A stretch of DNA of 64,000 nucleotides from Deltaproteobacteria bacterium (lineage in GTDB: Bacteria > Desulfobacterota_D > UBA1144 > Nemesobacterales > CSP1-2). The notes under the pieces are model-generated. The model was not told the origin of the DNA, made no database searches, and saw only the letters and a list, made by a program, of their open reading frames with translations. Below are positions 59,595 through 64,000 of the stretch, in pieces; within the stretch, counting starts at the first letter, position 1; each line of letters starts with the position of its first letter. The stretch spans positions 270,218 through 334,217 of the forward strand of contig JBQTHB010000006.1 of assembly GCA_052390235.1 (NCBI GenBank). The letters are read 5' to 3'. Position numbers and translations under genes: made by a program.

Positions 59595-60200
59595 TCAGGG
59601 CTTCCACGCTTCGTAGCTTATCCTATGAATCCGCTCGAGCGAGAACGCCACCGAGCGCGCGAGTTTTTGCCCGTACTCTTCAATCCATTCGGGCGGGGCT
59701 TCGGAGTAGAAATGGCTCAGGGTCATCCAATCGCCGCCGCGCGAATTGATGCCCCCGTCAACGACCTCCGAGAGAAACGCCGTCATATCGCCGCCGTCCA
59801 TAGCGTTTAAAACCCTGCATTCGGCGTGAGAGTGAACGTCTTCGAGAACTGGGCTTCCCGTAGAGCCGGTTTTATATGGCGCGCCTCGGAGTTTGTCCCC
59901 ATCCCTTCCGGTGTAGAAGCCAAAGCGGCGCACTACGCCGAGCTGCTCGCGCCTCAGGAGATGCACCGTAAAGGCGTGGCTTTTCACTATGAGTTCGTGC
60001 GTGTAGTTTCCCTTCCAAATCCCAACGAGCAGTCTCGGCGCTGAATGCACAATGGACGAGGTTACAACCGTAACCGCAATCTGCGCGTTCGCCCTCCCCT
60101 CCCACGAGCTTGCAATAGCCACAACCGGCGCAAGAGCCCAAAACGCCCCCGCCACAGCCGCCCCTTGTTCTCTGCTCATCTCCGATACGCCCTCCTTCAA
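59595..60200 (-). CDS. Flavin reductase-like protein
   Basis: NYTHELI...F.VH, FG..TGRDGDK, TGSPVL, ECRV, GD. Confidence 0.85.
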   Translation of the reverse strand: MKEGVSEMSREQGAAVAGAFWALAPVVAIASSWEGRANAQIAVTVVTSSIVHSAPRLLVGIWKGNYTHELIVKSHAFTVHLLRREQLGVVRRFGFYTGRDGDKLRGAPYKTGSTGSPVLEDVHSHAECRVLNAMDGGDMTAFLSEVVDGGINSRGGDWMTLSHFYSEAPPEWIEEYGQKLARSVAFSLERIHRISYEAWKP

Positions 60201-60284
60201 ACAATATACGGCAATCCCACCGCATAAGCCACAGCCGCAGGGAATTGAGTAGCCCCGCCGAAATTGCTATAATTACTACCCGAA

Positions 60285-62885
60285 ATGCCTGACGACACGC
60301 CCATGATGAAGCAGTATCTCGCCCTTAAGCGCCGCTACCCCGATGCGATACTGTTTTACCGGCTCGGCGACTTCTACGAGATGTTCAACGAAGACGCCGT
60401 ACTTGCCTCAAAAATTCTCGGCATCACGCTCACCTCCAGAAATAAATCCAGCGACAACCCGACGCCCCTTTGCGGAGTCCCCCACCACAGCGCTGAGTCC
60501 TATGTGGCAAAGCTCATCCAAGAGGGACACAAAGTGGCCATCTGCGAGCAGACCGAAGACCCTAGGTTTGCCAAAGGCGTTGTCGAGAGGAGGGTCGTGA
60601 GGGTTCTCACCCCCGGCGTGATAATTGACTCTGAGAAGCTCGATGCGAAATCAGGCAACTTCGCCGCGAGCGTTTATCCCCTGAACGGGCGGATAGGAAT
60701 TGCCTACGCCGATATTTCCACGGGGCGGTTCAGGGCGACGTCCCTTAAAAATCTCGAAGAGGCGGGGGAGGCGCTTTCCGCCATCGAGCCCAAAGAGATA
60801 CTGCTTCCCGAAGGACTGCCGGAACTTGAGGCGCAAATCACCGCAGGATTAATGAAACCCCTCGTTACAAAGCTCGACTCGTGGATTTGGGAAGCGAAGA
60901 GGGCATTGGGGCTTTTATCCGAGCATTTCAAGCTCGGCTCGCTCGACGCCCTTGGGCTTGAGCCGTACCCCGAAGCCGCCGCCGCCTGCGGGGGACTGCT
61001 CCACTATCTGATAGAGACTCAGATTGATAGCCTGCCGCCGCTCGACCCGCCGCTTTTTTATGAATCCGCGGATTATCTCATTATTGATGAAGCCTCGAAA
61101 AGAAACCTCGAATTAATAAGGCCGCTTCGGGGAGACGCCAAAGGTGGAACTCTCGTCTCGGTTTTGGATGAGACGGTTACGGCAATGGGCGGGAGGATGC
61201 TTCGGGACTGGATAAATTATCCCCTCATTGATGTAGCCGCCATCCGCGAGAGGCAGGACGCCGTCCATGAATTTCACTCGAAGGCGGCTATGAGATTGAA
61301 AATTCGAGCGTCCCTGCGGGAGATAAGCGACATCGAGCGGCTAATTGGGAGAATCTCCACCAGCTCGGCAAGACCGAGGGATTTAGCGGCGCTGAGGGAC
61401 TCTGTTTCCCGAATCTCAGAGACGAGGCGCGCGCTCAAAACAGCGGAATCGAAATCTGCCGCCCACATCTATGCCGGGGTTGACGAGCTTGCCGACGTTA
61501 GGGAGTTTCTACTCAAAGCGATTGCCGATGAGCCGCCCATATCCCAGAGAGATGCGGGGATTGTTAAAGAGGGGTTTAGCCCGGAGCTTGACGGGCTCAG
61601 GAGCATCAAAAAAGACGGCAGGCGGTGGATAGCCGAGCTTGAGGCGGCGGAGAGGCGGCGAGCGGGCATAAATTCGCTCAAAGTCGGATACAATCAGATT
61701 TTTGGCTACTACATAGAGGTTACAAAGCCCAATTTAAGCCTCGTCCCCGGTAACTACATCCGCAAGCAAACCATCGCCACCGGCGAGAGGTTCATCACCC
61801 CTGAGCTTAAGGCGCAGGAAGAGACAATCCTAAAAGCCGATGAGCGAATCCTAGAGCTTGAATCGGGACTATTCGAGGAAATCCGAAAAACCGTCGCCAG
61901 AGAGTCCGAGAGAGTCCGCCGCACAGCCGCCCTCATTGCGCGCCTCGATGCTCTGATGTCCCTAGCCGAGGTTGCCGAGCGGTACGGCTATACGAAACCC
62001 GCCGTTGACAATTCCGGCGACATCGAGCTTCGGGACTCGCGCCACCCCGTGGTCGAGCGCATGGATCTGCCGGAGAGATTCGTCCCGAACGACATTCGGC
62101 TCGACAAGAGCGAAAATCAGTTTCTCATCATCACGGGCCCCAACATGGCCGGGAAATCCACGCTCATTCGGCAGGCGGCGCTCATAGTGCTAATGGCTCA
62201 GGTCGGGAGTTTCATCCCGGCGAAATCCGCCAAAATCGGCGTTGTTGATAGGATTTTTACCAGAGTAGGCGCGTCGGATAATATCTCCAAAGGGCAGTCA
62301 ACTTTTATGGTGGAGATGGTCGAGACGGCTTATATCCTCAGGCACGCTACGGGCAGGAGCCTCGCCGTATTGGATGAAATCGGCAGGGGAACCAGCACCT
62401 TCGACGGTGTGAGCATAGCGTGGGCTGTGGCGGAGTATCTGCATGATGCGGGGTGCAGGTCGCTCTTTGCCACGCACTATCACGAGTTGTCCGAGCTTGC
62501 GCTATCGAAAAGCCGCGTGAGAAACTACAATGTCTATGTCAAAGAGGACGGCGAGAGGGTGATTTTTCTGCGGAAACTCATCGCCGGAGCGGCAAGCCAC
62601 AGCTATGGGATTCAAGTGGCGAAGCTCGCCGGAGTGCCTGAGAAAGTGCTGAAATCGGCGAGGAGGGTTTTAGCTAACTTGGAGAAATCCCAGTCGGGCT
62701 TGGCAGTATCTATTCGCGGGAAGGGGCAACTCGCCCTATTCAACGCCAAACGGGAGGAGCGGGAAGCGGACGATGCGGGCGATGCCGCGCTGGATGAAAT
62801 CCGCAAATTAAATCCCCTTTCTATGAGTCCGCTGGAGGCGCTCTCGAAACTCATTGAGATTAAAGGCAAATTGGAGGGGAAATAG
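60285..62885 (+). CDS. mutS: DNA mismatch repair protein MutS
   Basis: TPMMKQY, GDFYEMF, TGPNMAGKST, STFMVEM, DEIGRGTST, FATHYHEL. Confidence 0.98.
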   Translation: MPDDTPMMKQYLALKRRYPDAILFYRLGDFYEMFNEDAVLASKILGITLTSRNKSSDNPTPLCGVPHHSAESYVAKLIQEGHKVAICEQTEDPRFAKGVVERRVVRVLTPGVIIDSEKLDAKSGNFAASVYPLNGRIGIAYADISTGRFRATSLKNLEEAGEALSAIEPKEILLPEGLPELEAQITAGLMKPLVTKLDSWIWEAKRALGLLSEHFKLGSLDALGLEPYPEAAAACGGLLHYLIETQIDSLPPLDPPLFYESADYLIIDEASKRNLELIRPLRGDAKGGTLVSVLDETVTAMGGRMLRDWINYPLIDVAAIRERQDAVHEFHSKAAMRLKIRASLREISDIERLIGRISTSSARPRDLAALRDSVSRISETRRALKTAESKSAAHIYAGVDELADVREFLLKAIADEPPISQRDAGIVKEGFSPELDGLRSIKKDGRRWIAELEAAERRRAGINSLKVGYNQIFGYYIEVTKPNLSLVPGNYIRKQTIATGERFITPELKAQEETILKADERILELESGLFEEIRKTVARESERVRRTAALIARLDALMSLAEVAERYGYTKPAVDNSGDIELRDSRHPVVERMDLPERFVPNDIRLDKSENQFLIITGPNMAGKSTLIRQAALIVLMAQVGSFIPAKSAKIGVVDRIFTRVGASDNISKGQSTFMVEMVETAYILRHATGRSLAVLDEIGRGTSTFDGVSIAWAVAEYLHDAGCRSLFATHYHELSELALSKSRVRNYNVYVKEDGERVIFLRKLIAGAASHSYGIQVAKLAGVPEKVLKSARRVLANLEKSQSGLAVSIRGKGQLALFNAKREEREADDAGDAALDEIRKLNPLSMSPLEALSKLIEIKGKLEGK

Positions 62886-63282
62886 CGATTTGCAGATAAA
62901 ACCCAAAAACAGCCGTACAAACGAGCCAGGCCATAAGAAATCCCTCGGACAGAGAGGAGAGGATCTGGCGGCTTTAGCCCTGATGCGGGAAGGCTACAGG
63001 ATTATCGAGAGGAATTTCAGAACGCGACAGGGCGAGATTGACATCGTTGCCGAAGATGGGGGCGAGGTGTGTTTTGTTGAGGTCAAAGCCCGCTCGACGG
63101 ATGAATTCGGCACGCCCGAAGAAGCCGTAACCGCTAGGAAGCAACAGAAGCTCGCCGCCGCCGCCCTGTGCTACATTGCGCGGAGGGCTATCACAGCCCC
63201 CTCTAGGTTCGATGTCGTATCGGTGAATCTTAAAACCGGCCAGGCGACCATCCACAAAAACGCATTTGAACTGCGCGACTGA
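62854..63282 (+). CDS. YraN/UPF0102 family protein (start probably further downstream)
   Basis: GE..A, NFR...GEIDIV, FVEVKAR, RFDVV. Confidence 0.9.
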   Translation: MRLKANWRGNSDLQIKPKNSRTNEPGHKKSLGQRGEDLAALALMREGYRIIERNFRTRQGEIDIVAEDGGEVCFVEVKARSTDEFGTPEEAVTARKQQKLAAAALCYIARRAITAPSRFDVVSVNLKTGQATIHKNAFELRD

Positions 63283-63347
63283 CACATAACACCAGAGAAC
63301 ATCCTTACCGCGCTATTGACACGGGGCAATTCGTGCATACCATATAT

Positions 63348-63374
63348 CTGGCATTCAGCCCAAGCGAGTGCTAA
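63348..63374 (+). promoter_or_regulatory. CIRCE element (HrcA operator)
   Basis: CTGGCATTC-N9-GAGTGCTAA versus consensus TTAGCACTC-N9-GAGTGCTAA, downstream of TTGACA-16-TACCAT and upstream of groES. Confidence 0.85.
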
Positions 63375-63410
63375 CACCCGATTTACAATATTTTACAGGA
63401 GGAAAGAGCA

Positions 63411-63701
63411 ATGAATTTAAGACCCCTTAACGACAAGATTATCGTTAAACGGATAGACACTCCCAACGTAACGAAAGGGGGAATCGTCATTCCCGACTCG
63501 GTCAAGGAAAAACCCCAAGAGGGAGAGGTAATGGCGGTAGGCAATGGCTGGATTCTCAACGGAGGCAAAGTGCTTCCGCTCGAAATAAAAAAGGGCGATA
63601 GAATCCTATTCGGGAAATTCGGCGGAAACGAAGTTAAATTCGACGGCGAAGAATACATAATTCTCGGCGAAAACGAAGTGCTTGCAGTACTCGAACCATA
63701 A
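63411..63701 (+). CDS. groES: Co-chaperonin GroES
   Basis: LRPLNDK, TKGGIVIPD, KEKPQEG, AVG.G. Confidence 0.97.
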   Translation: MNLRPLNDKIIVKRIDTPNVTKGGIVIPDSVKEKPQEGEVMAVGNGWILNGGKVLPLEIKKGDRILFGKFGGNEVKFDGEEYIILGENEVLAVLEP

Positions 63702-63723
63702 ATTTTAAGGAGGAATTAAAGTA

Positions 63724-64000
63724 ATGGCGGCTAAGCAAATTATATTCAGCACCTCTGGAAGGGACGCTATCCTAAAAGGGGTAAACATTCTGGCAAATTC
63801 CGTAAAAGCCACTCTGGGACCCAGGGGCAGAAACGTACTGATTGAGAAATCCTTCGGAGCGCCGGTGGTAACGAAAGACGGCGTAACGGTGGCAAAAGAG
63901 ATTGAGCTTGAGGATAGATTTGAGAACATGGGCGCGCAGATGGTAAAAGAGGTAGCGTCCAAGACGAGCGACGTGGCTGGGGACGGGACGACGACAGCTA
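63724..64000 (+). CDS. groEL: Chaperonin GroEL (truncated by the window edge)
   Basis: MAAKQI...TLGPRGRNV...[11 protein letters not shown]...AGDGTTTA. Confidence 0.97.
   Translation, partial: MAAKQIIFSTSGRDAILKGVNILANSVKATLGPRGRNVLIEKSFGAPVVTKDGVTVAKEIELEDRFENMGAQMVKEVASKTSDVAGDGTTTA

Overview
Bacterial chromosomal window, mostly housekeeping genes: ppa, sigma70-family factor, SOD, Rrf2-sufBCD-Rieske, prs-rplY-pth-rpsF-rpsR-rplI, thi4, DegP-type protease, prepilin peptidase, CDC48-like ATPase, recF, dnaE, ftsY, ribD, a stand-alone 5S rRNA, purN, DAHP synthase, thiL, mutS and groES-groEL. The gene content suggests a Gram-negative, deltaproteobacteria-like host, but taxonomy is not verified. 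The main accessory block (about 4.9-15.9 kb, minus strand) is a type III-B CRISPR-Cas operon: cmr1-cas10/cmr2-cmr3-cmr4-cmr5-cmr6 followed by three CARF genes (Cami1-like CARF-RelE, Csm6-like CARF-HEPN, and an NE0113-type CARF with an OmpR-like winged helix). I saw no CRISPR array, cas6, cas1 or cas2 in the window. The cassette is bracketed by an exact 21-bp inverted repeat that is itself pseudo-palindromic (4933-4953 and 15859-15879), a candidate operator or inversion site. cas10 carries a 1-nt frameshift, cmr1 has a perfect 33-bp duplication, and a (TGTAG)8 microsatellite lies upstream of the operon. Elements missed by the ORF track include a 33-aa histone-H1-like microprotein, a candidate anti-Shine-Dalgarno sRNA, a dual-start (Tat/cytoplasmic) SOD, a sigma54-type unit, several apparently leaderless genes, and a tyrosine recombinase with degenerate catalytic residues divergent from the orphan 5S rRNA. 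All protein family calls come from motif recognition by eye, not database searches.
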